Part shown: positions 1 to 9,906 of the stretch, piece after piece
Numbering within the stretch: position 1 is the stretch's first letter
Layout of the letters: the number at the start of each line of letters is the position of its first letter
Source: a virus
Direction: 5' to 3' (one strand)
Length of the DNA stretch: 64,000 bases
Virus record (IMG/VR): IMGVR_UViG_3300023223_001361
Coordinates: 26,113 to 90,112 of that record
Notes under the pieces: generated by a model
Seen by the model: only the letters and a program-made list of their open reading frames with translations
The model's database searches: none
What the model was told of the DNA's origin: nothing
Made by a program: the position numbers and the translations under genes

Positions 1-2
1 CT

Positions 3-164
3 GATGGAGTTTTGAGAGAATTGCTTACTGAACCAGCTCCAGGAGATCGTTTAGAAGAGGAGAGAATTGCTGCAATGGTTAATGAAGGTTCACCAGTAAA
101 GCTCAAGGCTAAACGAAAAAAGAAATACCCAAATAGCAATGAAGGAAAATACGATGTCAGATAA
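3..164 (+). CDS. 3' end of upstream gene, probably portal protein gp20 (partial)
   Basis: Open frame from window start to TAA at 162-164; position just before gp67/gp68/gp21 matches the T4 order. The sequence itself is not diagnostic. Confidence 0.45.
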   Translation, partial: DGVLRELLTEPAPGDRLEEERIAAMVNEGSPVKLKAKRKKKYPNSNEGKYDVR

Positions 165-318
165 AATTAATGATCTTGTTCAAGCGTGTCAAAAACAAGA
201 ACCAGTATCGGCGAAAGCAGCTTTTACTGATGCTATTAAAGCTAAACTCCAAACTGCATTAGCAGATAAAAAGACCGAAGTAGCTACTACGCTTTTAACA
301 AAGTCGAATGAAAAATAA
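154..318 (+). CDS. gp67: prohead core protein gp67-like (54 aa, below ORF-track cutoff)
   Basis: MSDKINDLVQACQKQEPVSAKAAFTDAIKAKLQTALADKKTEVATTLL; RBS AAGGA; syntenic position before gp68/gp21. Confidence 0.65.
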   Translation: MSDKINDLVQACQKQEPVSAKAAFTDAIKAKLQTALADKKTEVATTLLTKSNEK

Positions 319-688
319 TATTCTTAGTTTAATTGAATTGGCTGCAAAGAGAAATGTTATTGCTTTTGAACAAGAAGCAAAGAAGACACTCAATAGAGTA
401 AAGGAATCAAAATTACAAAAATTTGGCTCCATAATAAAGAAAGAGTTTTTGAATACTAAAGGTTTTAATAAAGATACTTTAAGAAGTATTGTTGAAACAA
501 AGAATGCAAGAAGAGTAAGATTTATAGATGGTAGCACAGCTAGAATTGATTTTTTCAGTGCAAATACTTTAGTGAAAATTTATGATGCTTTGATATCCGA
601 GAATCAAGAGAAAATGATGAAGACTCTTGGTAAAAACGAAGCAGAGTATAAAAAAATACTCAATTTTGCTTTAAGCCATACGGGATAA
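308..688 (+). CDS. prohead core protein (gp68 position)
   Basis: 126 aa; LRSIVETKNARRVRFIDG..IDFFSANTLVKIYDAL resembles conserved head proteins of environmental T4-like phages; synteny. Confidence 0.5.
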   Translation: MKNNILSLIELAAKRNVIAFEQEAKKTLNRVKESKLQKFGSIIKKEFLNTKGFNKDTLRSIVETKNARRVRFIDGSTARIDFFSANTLVKIYDALISENQEKMMKTLGKNEAEYKKILNFALSHTG

Positions 689-695
689 ACGACAA

Positions 696-1352
696 ATGAA
701 ATTAATTGTAGAAACTATAGATGATGTAGAATTTATCAGTGAAGGAACTGGTGAAGGTAAGCAATTTTTTATTGAAGGTATCTTTATGCAAGCTGATATT
801 ACCAATAGAAATGGCAGAAGATATCCAATGGGTATTTTAGAGAATGAGGTTAATAGATACGTTAGGGAAAAGATCAAAACTGGTAGAGCCTTTGGTGAAC
901 TAGGTCATCCAGAGGGACCACAAATTAATCTTGATAGAGCTTCCCATATTATTGTAGATCTTCATCGAGAAGGGAATGATTTTATTGGGAAAGCAAAAAT
1001 TATGAATACTCCGATGGGAAATATTGCTCGTAATATTATGGAGAGTGGTGGAAAATTAGGAGTTTCTTCAAGAGGTATGGGTTCTTTGAGAGCTAGTGGT
1101 GGTGTAAATGAAGTTCAAAAAGATTTTCATCTAGCTACTGCTGCTGATATAGTAGCTGATCCATCAGCGCCTAAAGCATTTGTTAATGGAATACTTGAAG
1201 GAAAAGAATGGGTTATAGTAGATGGTAAGATTAAAGAACAGACCATTGAAGAATATAAAAAACAGTTTAATAATTGTAAAATGAATGAATTCGAGAGTTT
1301 AATGATAACATTATTCGAAGATTATTTGAAAAAAGTTGACTTAAAATTATAA
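696..1352 (+). CDS. gp21: prohead protease gp21
   Basis: EGIFMQAD..NRNGRRYP, GELGHP, LGVSSRGMGSL, DIVADPSAP motifs. Confidence 0.97.
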   Translation: MKLIVETIDDVEFISEGTGEGKQFFIEGIFMQADITNRNGRRYPMGILENEVNRYVREKIKTGRAFGELGHPEGPQINLDRASHIIVDLHREGNDFIGKAKIMNTPMGNIARNIMESGGKLGVSSRGMGSLRASGGVNEVQKDFHLATAADIVADPSAPKAFVNGILEGKEWVIVDGKIKEQTIEEYKKQFNNCKMNEFESLMITLFEDYLKKVDLKL

Positions 1353-1356
1353 AATT

Positions 1357-1364
1357 CATAAATA
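1357..1364 (+). promoter_or_regulatory. late (gp55-type) promoter
   Basis: CATAAATA, near the T4 consensus TATAAATA, upstream of gp22. Confidence 0.6.
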
Positions 1365-1424
1365 TATTAGATTAAAGAGTTTTCAATTGAGCTTCCAGTT
1401 TTAATGACTATAGGAGAGTAACAG

Positions 1425-2795
1425 ATGTCACATAGAATGTCCTTGGACGAAAAAATTGCTGCCCTCGTCGAACAGAAGAAAGCAGAAAAGGATCCTAAAA
1501 AGAAGGATCCCGACATGGATGAAGTCCATGACAGAGAAGATGCATCAAAGTCTAAGAAAGACAAGAAAGACGATAAGGACATGGATGAAAGTGATGCTAA
1601 GCATAAACGCCCTGCTGACAAAGATCAAAAAGAAAAAGAAGAAGTTAGTAAGACTAAACAAGTAGGTGTCAAAGAGGATGATGAAGATGATGAGGATGAA
1701 GAAGACATGGATGAGAGGAAAGATGAAGATGATGAGGATGAAGATAAAAAAGTAGCTGAACAAAAAGATGATGAAGATGATGAGGATGAAGAAGACATGG
1801 ATGAGAGGAAAGATGAAGATGATGAGGATGAAGAAGACATGGATGAGAGGAAAGATGAAGATGATGAGGATGAAGATAGTGTTCCTACTGCTAAGAAAAA
1901 TAAGAAGAATATGAAAGAAAGCGATGCTGCGCATAGGCGAAAAGCTGATAAAGAGCAACGCGAAAAACATCCTCCAATGAAGAAAGCAAAAGGCCAAGAT
2001 TCAGCTCAACAAACTGATCCAGATAATAAAAAAGCTTTTGACTACACACAAACGAAACCTAACTTTTCTGTTGGTGAGGATATTGAAGCTCTTTTTAATG
2101 GCGAAGATCTTTCAGAAGAATTCAAAACCAAAGCAACCACGATTCTTGAAGCTGCTGTGAATCGACATCTGGATAAAGCTCTTGAGCAAATTCAAGAAGA
2201 TGTTGATGCAAGACTCCAAGAGGAAGATGAAGCTCGCACTAAAGCTTTAGTTGAACAAGTGAGTAAGTATCTTGATTATGTTGTAGAAGAGTGGTTGGAA
2301 GAAAACAAATTAGCAATTGAGCGCGGGTATGCGATTGAAACAACTCAAGATTTCATTACTGGTTTGAAAGGTCTTTTTCAAGAACACTATATTGAAGTGC
2401 CAGATGTACCAAAAAATGTTCTTGATGAACTTCAAGATAAACTTTATCAACAAGAAAAAGATCTCAATGAAGCTCTTAATAGAATCATTGATTTGAGTAC
2501 AGATAATGAAGAAAAAAAGAAAGAGCAAATCTTTTCTGATGTAACTTCGGAACTTACTGATACTCAAGTAGACAAATTTCGGGAGCTTTCAGAAAGCGTA
2601 GAGTTTTCTGGAGACGAAGATTATCGTGACAAACTTGACACGATTAAGACAAACTATTTCCCTAACGAGCAAAAGTCCGGACAGGAAATTGGAGATTCGG
2701 TAGATGGAGGCTTTGAACCCAAAGCACCGTCGACGCCACAAGTTAAAGCGTACGCTGATGCCCTTACGAGAACATTGGCGCACAAAAAATTGTAA
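1425..2795 (+). CDS. gp22: prohead core scaffold protein gp22 with long acidic N-terminal extension
   Basis: C-terminal ALFNGEDLSEEFKTKATTILEAAV, YLDYVVEEWLEENKLAIE, GLKGLFQEHYIEVP; lies between gp21 and gp23. Confidence 0.95.
   Translation: MSHRMSLDEKIAALVEQKKAEKDPKKKDPDMDEVHDREDASKSKKDKKDDKDMDESDAKHKRPADKDQKEKEEVSKTKQVGVKEDDEDDEDEEDMDERKDEDDEDEDKKVAEQKDDEDDEDEEDMDERKDEDDEDEEDMDERKDEDDEDEDSVPTAKKNKKNMKESDAAHRRKADKEQREKHPPMKKAKGQDSAQQTDPDNKKAFDYTQTKPNFSVGEDIEALFNGEDLSEEFKTKATTILEAAVNRHLDKALEQIQEDVDARLQEEDEARTKALVEQVSKYLDYVVEEWLEENKLAIERGYAIETTQDFITGLKGLFQEHYIEVPDVPKNVLDELQDKLYQQEKDLNEALNRIIDLSTDNEEKKKEQIFSDVTSELTDTQVDKFRELSESVEFSGDEDYRDKLDTIKTNYFPNEQKSGQEIGDSVDGGFEPKAPSTPQVKAYADALTRTLAHKKL
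1674..1876 (+). repeat. coding tandem repeat (42-bp unit, DEDDEDEEDMDERK) in gp22
   Basis: Three identical gatgaagatgatgaggatgaagaagacatggatgagaggaaa units plus partial copies. Confidence 0.9.
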
Positions 2796-2835
2796 TTGAT
2801 ACTTTAATAGTAAAAATAGAAGGAGAAAATTACTA

Positions 2836-4212
2836 ATGTATCTTAATGAAAACCTAAAAGAAAAATGGTCTGGGGTTCTTGATCACGAAGATTGTGAACC
2901 AATCAAAGATCCATATCGAAAGGGTGTTATAGCGCATCTACTTGAGAATACCGAAGAGGCAATCCGTCAGGATAATGAACAGTCTGGTTTTTTCACAGGA
3001 ACTCTTACTGAGGCACCTGCTAACCAATCTGGGGCGTTTCCAAATAATCCAAACCTCCAAGGTTATAATCCAGTTTTGATTTCACTTTTGCGCCGTGCAA
3101 TGCCAAATCTTATTGCATTTGATGTCGCTGGTGTTCAACCAATGTCTGGTCCTACTGGTCTTATTTTCGCGCTACGCTCTAAGTACACATCGCAAGGTGG
3201 AACTGAAGCCCTTTTTAACGAAGCTGATACTGAATTCTCTTCAGATGATACGCCTCCACATGAAGGAACTTCGGATGACTTCTTGCCACTTGCTGGAACA
3301 ACTATCGCTCCCGGTACGGATCTCGAATCCTTTGTTGGTGGTGGTGCTCAAAGTTACTCCCGTGGAGCTGGCTTGGATACCCTAGAAGGTGAATCTCTTG
3401 GTGATGGTTCTGCCCCTGAGTTTGCTGAAATGGCATTCAGTATCGACAAAGTAGTTGTTGAAGCAAAGACTCGCGCACTTAAAGCCGAGTACACAATGGA
3501 ACTTGCTCAAGACTTGAAAGCTATTCATAACTTAGATGCTGAAACTGAGCTTGCAAATATTCTATCAGCGGAATTGCTTTTCGAAATTAACCGAGAGCTT
3601 ATCCGTTCGATTTACTTGATTGCTGTTCCTGGTGCCCAAGAAGGCGATATCGCTTCTCCTGGAGTATTCGATCTTAATGCTGATGCTGATGGTCGTTGGT
3701 CTGTAGAGCGATGGAAAGGTCTTATGTATCAGCTCGAAAGAGATGCTAATGCTATTGCTAAGTCAACCCGTCGAGGACGTGGTAACTTCATGATTTGTTC
3801 ATCGAATGTTGCCTCTGCTCTGTCGATTGCTGGTTTACTTGCCTCTGCTACTGCACTCAAAGATAACTTGAGCCATGACGGTGATAACGGTAACACTTTC
3901 GTAGGTGTTCTTAATGGACGTATCAAGGTTTATGTAGATCCATATTCCGATACTGCTGGAAAAGATTACTACGTTATGGGATATCGTGGTTCATCTGCAA
4001 TGGATGCTGGACTTTTCTACTGCCCATACGTACCACTTCAAATGGTTCGTGCGGTTGGCGAAAATAGCTTCCAACCTAAAATCGGTTTCAAAACTCGTTA
4101 CGGAATGAGAGTAAATCCATTCTCCAATGCAACGGGTGATGCTGATGGTGTGTTGAGACTATCAAGCAACATTTACTACAGACGTGTCCAAGTAGATAAT
4201 ATTCTTGTATAA
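2836..4212 (+). CDS. gp23: major capsid protein gp23
   Basis: PVLISLLRRAMPNLIAFDVAGVQPMSGPTGLIFALRS, KTRALKAEYTMELAQDLKAIH, FQPKIGFKTRYGM. Confidence 0.99.
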   Translation: MYLNENLKEKWSGVLDHEDCEPIKDPYRKGVIAHLLENTEEAIRQDNEQSGFFTGTLTEAPANQSGAFPNNPNLQGYNPVLISLLRRAMPNLIAFDVAGVQPMSGPTGLIFALRSKYTSQGGTEALFNEADTEFSSDDTPPHEGTSDDFLPLAGTTIAPGTDLESFVGGGAQSYSRGAGLDTLEGESLGDGSAPEFAEMAFSIDKVVVEAKTRALKAEYTMELAQDLKAIHNLDAETELANILSAELLFEINRELIRSIYLIAVPGAQEGDIASPGVFDLNADADGRWSVERWKGLMYQLERDANAIAKSTRRGRGNFMICSSNVASALSIAGLLASATALKDNLSHDGDNGNTFVGVLNGRIKVYVDPYSDTAGKDYYVMGYRGSSAMDAGLFYCPYVPLQMVRAVGENSFQPKIGFKTRYGMRVNPFSNATGDADGVLRLSSNIYYRRVQVDNILV

Positions 4213-4238
4213 ATCTGAGTAAACAGATAAATTCTTTG

Positions 4239-4270
4239 AAAGAGCTAGTGTTACACTAGCTCTTTTTTTG
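4239..4270 (+). terminator. intrinsic terminator after gp23
   Basis: AAGAGCTAGTG-tta-CACTAGCTCTT stem followed by a T run. Confidence 0.9.
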
Positions 4271-4348
4271 TTTAATAGTTGGATAACTACTTATAATTAT
4301 TAAAGAATTAAGGATAGTGACAGAATTGATGTCTTTGGATAAATACTC

Positions 4349-4377
4349 TTGACATATTGATTGGAATTTGAGATAAT
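4349..4377 (+). promoter_or_regulatory. sigma70-type promoter
   Basis: TTGACA-17 nt-GATAAT. Confidence 0.65.
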
Positions 4378-4636
4378 AGTAAATAGGTTTATTATGAATG
4401 AAAGAAGAATGTATCAATTGAAGAATAAGATTTCTGGTCATTGGTGGGCAGGTAATCGTGGTTGGTCGAAAAATCCAAAGATATATAAAAGACTTTGTGA
4501 TTTGAGATCTGCTATCACATACCATAAAGATTGGTGGATTAGATTGAACAAAGAAGCTAATAAAACTGTTATCGATTTGGTCATTGTGGAATTTAAAATA
4601 GAGAAACATTCAACTTATCCTGTAAACATGGAGTAA
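4361..4636 (+). CDS. hypothetical protein (true start probably a downstream ATG)
   Basis: ORF between promoter and gp3. Confidence 0.5.
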   Translation: MEFEIIVNRFIMNERRMYQLKNKISGHWWAGNRGWSKNPKIYKRLCDLRSAITYHKDWWIRLNKEANKTVIDLVIVEFKIEKHSTYPVNME

Positions 4637-4639
4637 TAA

Positions 4640-5179
4640 ATGCCTCTTCAACCAGACAATATAAACTTTCTTCACAACAATAAGTTTCAATTAAACTTTG
4701 CTATTCTTCCAGGAATAACTTATTTTGGAACTGGTGTTACTTTACCTGGATTAACTTTACCCACTGCTGATTTCCCTAATCCTCATGCGAATATCAGAAT
4801 TCATGGTGACACCCTACAGTTCGATGATTGGTTAGTTACTTTTAATGTTGATGAGGAATTGTCTTCATGGTTTCAGATTTTTGATTGGATGAATGGTTTA
4901 GGAAAACCACAAAATTTTCAACAGTTCAAATCAAGAAAAGGAAAAGAGAATTTACCTAAAGGTGTTATTCTGCCTACAACAGAAAATGCTGCATTGTATT
5001 CTGATGCCACTTTGTTAATACAAACAAGTGCCAAAAACCCAAAAATTGAATGCCACTTTGTTAATATTTCTCCTACAGCTTTAGGTGGTGTGGAACTCAC
5101 CTCACAAGATAATGATACAAATGTTATTTCAGCAACCGCAAATTTTGTATACGATTACTACACTATAGACATCAATTAA
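4640..5179 (+). CDS. gp3: tail completion / sheath stabilizer gp3
   Basis: NINFL..NKFQL....PGITYF....LPG...GDTLQFDD..VTFNVDEE; usual position after gp23. Confidence 0.85.
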   Translation: MPLQPDNINFLHNNKFQLNFAILPGITYFGTGVTLPGLTLPTADFPNPHANIRIHGDTLQFDDWLVTFNVDEELSSWFQIFDWMNGLGKPQNFQQFKSRKGKENLPKGVILPTTENAALYSDATLLIQTSAKNPKIECHFVNISPTALGGVELTSQDNDTNVISATANFVYDYYTIDIN

Positions 5180-5198
5180 ATTATGAGATGTATTTGTT

Positions 5199-5582
5199 AT
5201 GACATTGATGAGAGGAATGATGGCTAAGAAAATTATAAAGTTGCCTATTGATAATTTGAAGATAGGCTATGCTGATTTCAAGCTCACTGCTTTGACTGAG
5301 AAGGATGCCGGACGAAGATTGATTGATGGTGAATGTCACTTGAAGGAACAAGAAATTGATTACGATTCAGCAATGCATGAACAATTAATAATGAATACAA
5401 TTTTACATGAAGCTGGTCATGCTATGGTTCATGTATTTGGAATGAAATTCAAAGATGATGATCATGAAGAACATTTAGTCAATGCTTTAATGGGCGGAGT
5501 CATCACTCTATTCAGAGACAATCCAAAATTATATCGAGAAGTTGGTCGAGTATTTAATCTACTTGAAAAAGAGGAAGAATAA
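5199..5582 (+). CDS. small zincin-like metallopeptidase
   Basis: NTILHEAGHA (HExxH) plus downstream EEHLVN. Confidence 0.6.
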   Translation: MTLMRGMMAKKIIKLPIDNLKIGYADFKLTALTEKDAGRRLIDGECHLKEQEIDYDSAMHEQLIMNTILHEAGHAMVHVFGMKFKDDDHEEHLVNALMGGVITLFRDNPKLYREVGRVFNLLEKEEE

Positions 5583-5920
5583 TGGAAGAAGTTTTATTGG
5601 ATTTAGTTGATTATAATGGTATAACTGTTGTTACTCAGCACCCGCACGGTTTTCAAGGTTGGGAGATGCCTGATACAGACAAACCAGTGTGGCAAACCCT
5701 AGATGGATCGTATGTTCCTCTAAGGGTGATGACAGATGATCATGTAATAGCTTGCTATCAAATGATAAATGAAAGTATGAAAGAGGATAATATTCTCAAA
5801 AGTATTTTTGGTCATGAGCCAGAATCTTTGAAGCACAGAAATGAATGTTGGATGGCTTGGGAAGAAGCTCTTTTTAATGAAGCAAATAACAGGGGTTTCG
5901 TCACTAAGTTATATGACTAA
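5582..5920 (+). CDS. hypothetical protein
   Basis: Coupled ORF with RBS GAGGA. Confidence 0.55.
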   Translation: MEEVLLDLVDYNGITVVTQHPHGFQGWEMPDTDKPVWQTLDGSYVPLRVMTDDHVIACYQMINESMKEDNILKSIFGHEPESLKHRNECWMAWEEALFNEANNRGFVTKLYD

Positions 5921-6120
5921 AACAATAGAGGAAAGTAAATGATTAAAATATGGTTAAAGAAATTATTATTTGGTTTTGTATCTTGTAAATGTAGAGATTG
6001 TAAAGATTTAGTATTTCCAGATGATATGTCAAACAGACATCCTATTTGTGTGAATTGCGAAATGAAATCCAAATACCAAACAAAGAAAACATCATCTTAT
6101 TTGAAAGGTTTCGGTTTATA

Positions 6121-6519
6121 ATGAAAAAGAAAAGTCTTGGAATTAAAATAATTCCAACTGTTCATTATGCTCCAGGTCAAATGCTCGCTGGCACCAGTGA
6201 AGATTATGGAGAAGAAGAGGTGGAATTTTTTGAATATGAATGTGAGTATTGTAGTCATACAAGTAGAGATGAAATAGAAATAAAAAACTGTGAAAGGAGA
6301 TGTATTATTCGAGAGAAACAGTTGAAATGCAAACATAAAAATAAAAATTATCATGTATCTGAAGATAATTTATTAATATGTTATTGTTTAGATTGTAATA
6401 TTCGTTTTGAGGGCATTGATATTGGATATAATAATCTTCATACATGTTACCCAGAAGAATATGAAATGTTACAACAATGCTTACAAACAATATGGGAGAA
6501 ACATGGGGAAAGCAAGTGA
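6121..6519 (+). CDS. Cys-rich hypothetical protein (zinc-binding?)
   Basis: CEYC, CERRC, CLDC; ATG overlaps the previous stop. Confidence 0.5.
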   Translation: MKKKSLGIKIIPTVHYAPGQMLAGTSEDYGEEEVEFFEYECEYCSHTSRDEIEIKNCERRCIIREKQLKCKHKNKNYHVSEDNLLICYCLDCNIRFEGIDIGYNNLHTCYPEEYEMLQQCLQTIWEKHGESK

Positions 6520-6953
6520 AGTTAGACGAAATTTTAGGTCTGTGGAGGGTTGATACTAAGATTGATCGTGGCAAACTGGATGAAGAATCTTTAAAGATTC
6601 CAGAACTCCATCATAAATATTATAAGATTTTTTGTCAAGAACGTATGCTTTTAAAAAAGAAGCAACTGGATTATAAAAAGCTCTACAGACAGAAGATGGA
6701 ATATTATGAGGGTAGACTTGATAAAGATGAGCTTGATGAAAATGAATGGGAACAATTTGATATTAAAGTTTTGAAAAAAGATGTTCCTATCTATATAGAG
6801 GGTGATACCGATATAGTTAATCATCTTTTGGGGATGCAATATCAAGAAGAGAAGGTAGATCTATTGAAAAGTATATTGAATACTATTAATGCCAGATCTT
6901 TTCACATAAAAGATGCAATTGAATTTCTTAAATTCACCCAGGGAAATTTTTAA
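6516..6953 (+). CDS. uvsY: recombination mediator UvsY
   Basis: DTKIDRGKLDEESLKIPELHHKY...KMEYYEG...RSFHIKDAIEF; GTG start overlapping upstream TGA. Confidence 0.92.
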   Translation: MKLDEILGLWRVDTKIDRGKLDEESLKIPELHHKYYKIFCQERMLLKKKQLDYKKLYRQKMEYYEGRLDKDELDENEWEQFDIKVLKKDVPIYIEGDTDIVNHLLGMQYQEEKVDLLKSILNTINARSFHIKDAIEFLKFTQGNF

Positions 6954-7262
6954 TGGAAAAATTACTGAAATATTTTTTAGAAAATATGCAGGATATAGAA
7001 CTTGAATTTGTTGATGTTGTAGAAGAAGATTTTTGGGAGCTGTTAGCATAATGGAAATAGAGGAACAGGATCCTGAGATACTTGTCGATATATTCGCTAA
7101 AGTTGTGGGAGGATTTTTAGAAAACATGGAAGCTATTCATGTTGAGTGGGAAAATTTTAGGTATATGGTTTATCGCCAAGAAGATACTATCCATGTTGTT
7201 GGTGTTGAAGATGATGAAGACTTTGAAGATCTTACAAAGTTTATGTTAGTAGAGATGCACTA

Positions 7263-7514
7263 ATGACAAACGAAGAAGCGCTGGCAAAAATAATATCTGA
7301 TGGGATTCTTCGAGATTTAGATTTACTTGCTGGTGGAAGAGAGAATTTACTTATGACTATACATGATATAAAAGAAGAACGTTTAGGAGCGGATTTCGGA
7401 GTGGATTTTATTCGGTTGGCTCACATACCAACTGGGATTTATGTTGAAGGTGATTCGGATAGACGATATGAATTAATTAAAGAGTTATGTGAATTATTGA
7501 GAGAACCTTTATGA
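7263..7514 (+). CDS. small protein with release-factor-like HxPTG motif, no GGQ
   Basis: FIRLAHIPTGIYVEG. Confidence 0.45.
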   Translation: MTNEEALAKIISDGILRDLDLLAGGRENLLMTIHDIKEERLGADFGVDFIRLAHIPTGIYVEGDSDRRYELIKELCELLREPL

Positions 7515-8029
7515 AATTGATAGTTGCCGGTTCCAGAGATTTCACAAATGGAGAACTGATTTACCATATTCTTGATCTCTGGAAGCCTAAGATAACAGAG
7601 ATTGTATCTGGCAAAGCCAAAGGTGTTGATAATTTTGGAGAAACTTGGGCACTTAAAAACCAAATTCCTATTAAAGAATTTCCTGCTGATTGGAAACGTA
7701 AAGGCAAATCTGCTGGTCCAATTCGTAATGGGAAGATGGCTGAATATGCTGATGTTCTGTTTGCTTTTCATGAACCAACTAGTAGAAGTGGCGGCAAAGG
7801 CACTCTGAATATGATAAATTGGATGAAGGAATCTGGAAAAGCTTATATCATTTGGGAAAATTCTCACAACATACCACTGGAACAAATTTTAACATCAGGT
7901 CACACTTTTGGTATTCATCCTGAAGAAACAAAAGTCGAGAAGAAACCAAATCCTTTTAAGGTTATCGAAAGTGATACCATCGCAGTCGACAAGTCTATAT
8001 TCGATCCTATCAAACACTTACTAGGATAA
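7511..8029 (+). CDS. SLOG-family (DUF2493/YspA-like) protein
   Basis: MKLIVAGSRDF..IVSGKAKGVD..FPADW..GKSAGPIRN..MAEYAD. Confidence 0.85.
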   Translation: MKLIVAGSRDFTNGELIYHILDLWKPKITEIVSGKAKGVDNFGETWALKNQIPIKEFPADWKRKGKSAGPIRNGKMAEYADVLFAFHEPTSRSGGKGTLNMINWMKESGKAYIIWENSHNIPLEQILTSGHTFGIHPEETKVEKKPNPFKVIESDTIAVDKSIFDPIKHLLG

Positions 8030-8047
8030 TCTCTTCAAAATTACCCA

Positions 8048-8055
8048 CCTAAATA
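8048..8055 (+). promoter_or_regulatory. late promoter-like site before uvsW
   Basis: CCTAAATA, 5 nt before the GTG start. Confidence 0.5.
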
Positions 8056-8060
8056 TTTTC

Positions 8061-9566
8061 GTGGATATTATTAAAATATACAAGAAAGATGAAGTGTACA
8101 TGTATATTGCCACTTCGTCATCGATTGACCATGAGTTGCAGGAATTTTTCAAATTCCGTGTTCCAGGGTGTAAGTTTATGCCAAAATATAAAAGTGGTCA
8201 ATGGGATGGATTTATTAGATTATTTAATAAATTCACAAAAGAACTTTACCTTGGCTTGTTTCCCTACGTTATTCGTTTCGCAAAAGAAAGAGATTATGAG
8301 ATAGAAGTTGATGATGTTATTCTCGAAAGGGAATATCTCTCTCTTGTGGATGCTGAGAAATTTTATAAGAAATTGAAGCTGCCAGTTGTAGCAAGAGATT
8401 ATCAAATAGAAGCTTTATCTAAATCAGTAACCAGTAAGAGAAGATTAATTCTTTCGCCAACTGCTTCTGGAAAATCATTAATCATTTATGCACTTGCTCG
8501 ATATTATAATAAAAAAACTTTATTGATTGTCCCAACTGTATCTCTCGTTTCTCAAATGTATAATGACTTTGATGAATATTCATCTAAAGATAAGAGTTTC
8601 AATGTAGAAAAGAAGTGTCATAAAATCTTTGAAGGTCAGAAGAAAACTTCCGACAAACAAATTTTTATTTCGACTTGGCAATCATTGTATCGGCTACCGA
8701 AGAAATATTTTCAACAGTTTGATGTTGTGATTGGTGATGAAGCCCATCTAATGACAGCTGATTCCTTGAAAACTATTTTGTCTAATCTTTCTAATGCAAA
8801 ATATAGATTTGGCACAACAGGAACAATAGAAGAGAGTAAAACCCACAAGTTAGTTCTAGAGGGGTTATTTGGTAATTTGTACCAAGCCACAACTACCAAA
8901 GAATTAATGGATAGGAAAGAACTTGCAAACCTAAATATTAAGTGTATAGTTTTGAAATATAGTGAGGAAACTAGAAATCAAAACAAGAAATTAAAATATC
9001 AGGAAGAAATAAAATTCTTAGTGGAGAATAAAAATAGGAATGAGTTTCTTGCAAACCTTGTTGTAAAAATGGAATCAAATTCTTTGATTCTTTTTCGACT
9101 TATTAATCATGGTAAATTACTAGCTCAATTAATTGAAAAAAAAGTCGATAAAAGAAGAAAGGTATTTTTAGTATATGGTGGAACAGATAAGGAAACTAGG
9201 GAAGAAGTTCGGAAGATCACTGAAAAAGAAAAAAATGCAATTATTGTTGCTTCAGTTGGTGTCTTTAGTACTGGCGTTAATATTAAAAATCTTGTTAACA
9301 TAATCTTCGCATCTCCGTCTAAGTCTCGCATCAGAACTTTACAATCTATAGGAAGAGGCTTACGAATAGGAAGAAAAGATTATGCTAATTTATATGATAT
9401 AGTTGATGATATGTCTTACAAATCTCGTAAGAATTTTGCCTTGATTCATTTTGTTGAACGGATGAAGATATACAATTCAGAAAAGTTTCAGTATAAAATC
9501 TTCAAATTGCAACTAAGGGAACACTCAAATGGCAATCCGAATACTAAAGCTATTAAACGGAGATAA
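8061..9566 (+). CDS. uvsW: SF2 DNA helicase UvsW
   Basis: WDGFIRLF, RDYQ, SPTASGKS, GDEAH, GTTGT, QSIGRGLR. Confidence 0.97.
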   Translation: MDIIKIYKKDEVYMYIATSSSIDHELQEFFKFRVPGCKFMPKYKSGQWDGFIRLFNKFTKELYLGLFPYVIRFAKERDYEIEVDDVILEREYLSLVDAEKFYKKLKLPVVARDYQIEALSKSVTSKRRLILSPTASGKSLIIYALARYYNKKTLLIVPTVSLVSQMYNDFDEYSSKDKSFNVEKKCHKIFEGQKKTSDKQIFISTWQSLYRLPKKYFQQFDVVIGDEAHLMTADSLKTILSNLSNAKYRFGTTGTIEESKTHKLVLEGLFGNLYQATTTKELMDRKELANLNIKCIVLKYSEETRNQNKKLKYQEEIKFLVENKNRNEFLANLVVKMESNSLILFRLINHGKLLAQLIEKKVDKRRKVFLVYGGTDKETREEVRKITEKEKNAIIVASVGVFSTGVNIKNLVNIIFASPSKSRIRTLQSIGRGLRIGRKDYANLYDIVDDMSYKSRKNFALIHFVERMKIYNSEKFQYKIFKLQLREHSNGNPNTKAIKRR

Positions 9567-9906
9567 TGTAATTTGTGAGCTTATAGAAATCCTCAATGGG
9601 GAATATAGAGTAAGAAACGTATTAAGAATAATCGAAAACTATAACAAGAAACAGAAAGCTCATAATATATTCCTTGTTCAATGGTTGCCATACACACAAG
9701 AAGTAATATTCCGGATTCCAAAAAATCATGTGGTGGTCATGGTTACTCCCACAGAAGGTATGCCAGATCATTATTATCGAAGAGTTGATGAGGTATTTGG
9801 ATTCCCTGAAGATGAGATACATCTTACAGAAGAAGATATCCTTTTGCTCCAAGATTTTGAGGATGCTATGGCAGAATTACCCGATGATGACGATATTATT
9901 CACTAA
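9529..9906 (+). CDS. conserved T4-like protein (possible Sm-like fold) downstream of uvsW
   Basis: IRILKLLNGDNVICE...QWLPYT; synteny. Confidence 0.55.
   Translation: MAIRILKLLNGDNVICELIEILNGEYRVRNVLRIIENYNKKQKAHNIFLVQWLPYTQEVIFRIPKNHVVVMVTPTEGMPDHYYRRVDEVFGFPEDEIHLTEEDILLLQDFEDAMAELPDDDDIIH

Noticed and set aside
1545-1997. Minus-strand hydrophobic and poly-Ser ORFs (1545-1997, 1625-1840)
   Set aside because: Antisense shadows of the Asp/Glu repeats in gp22.
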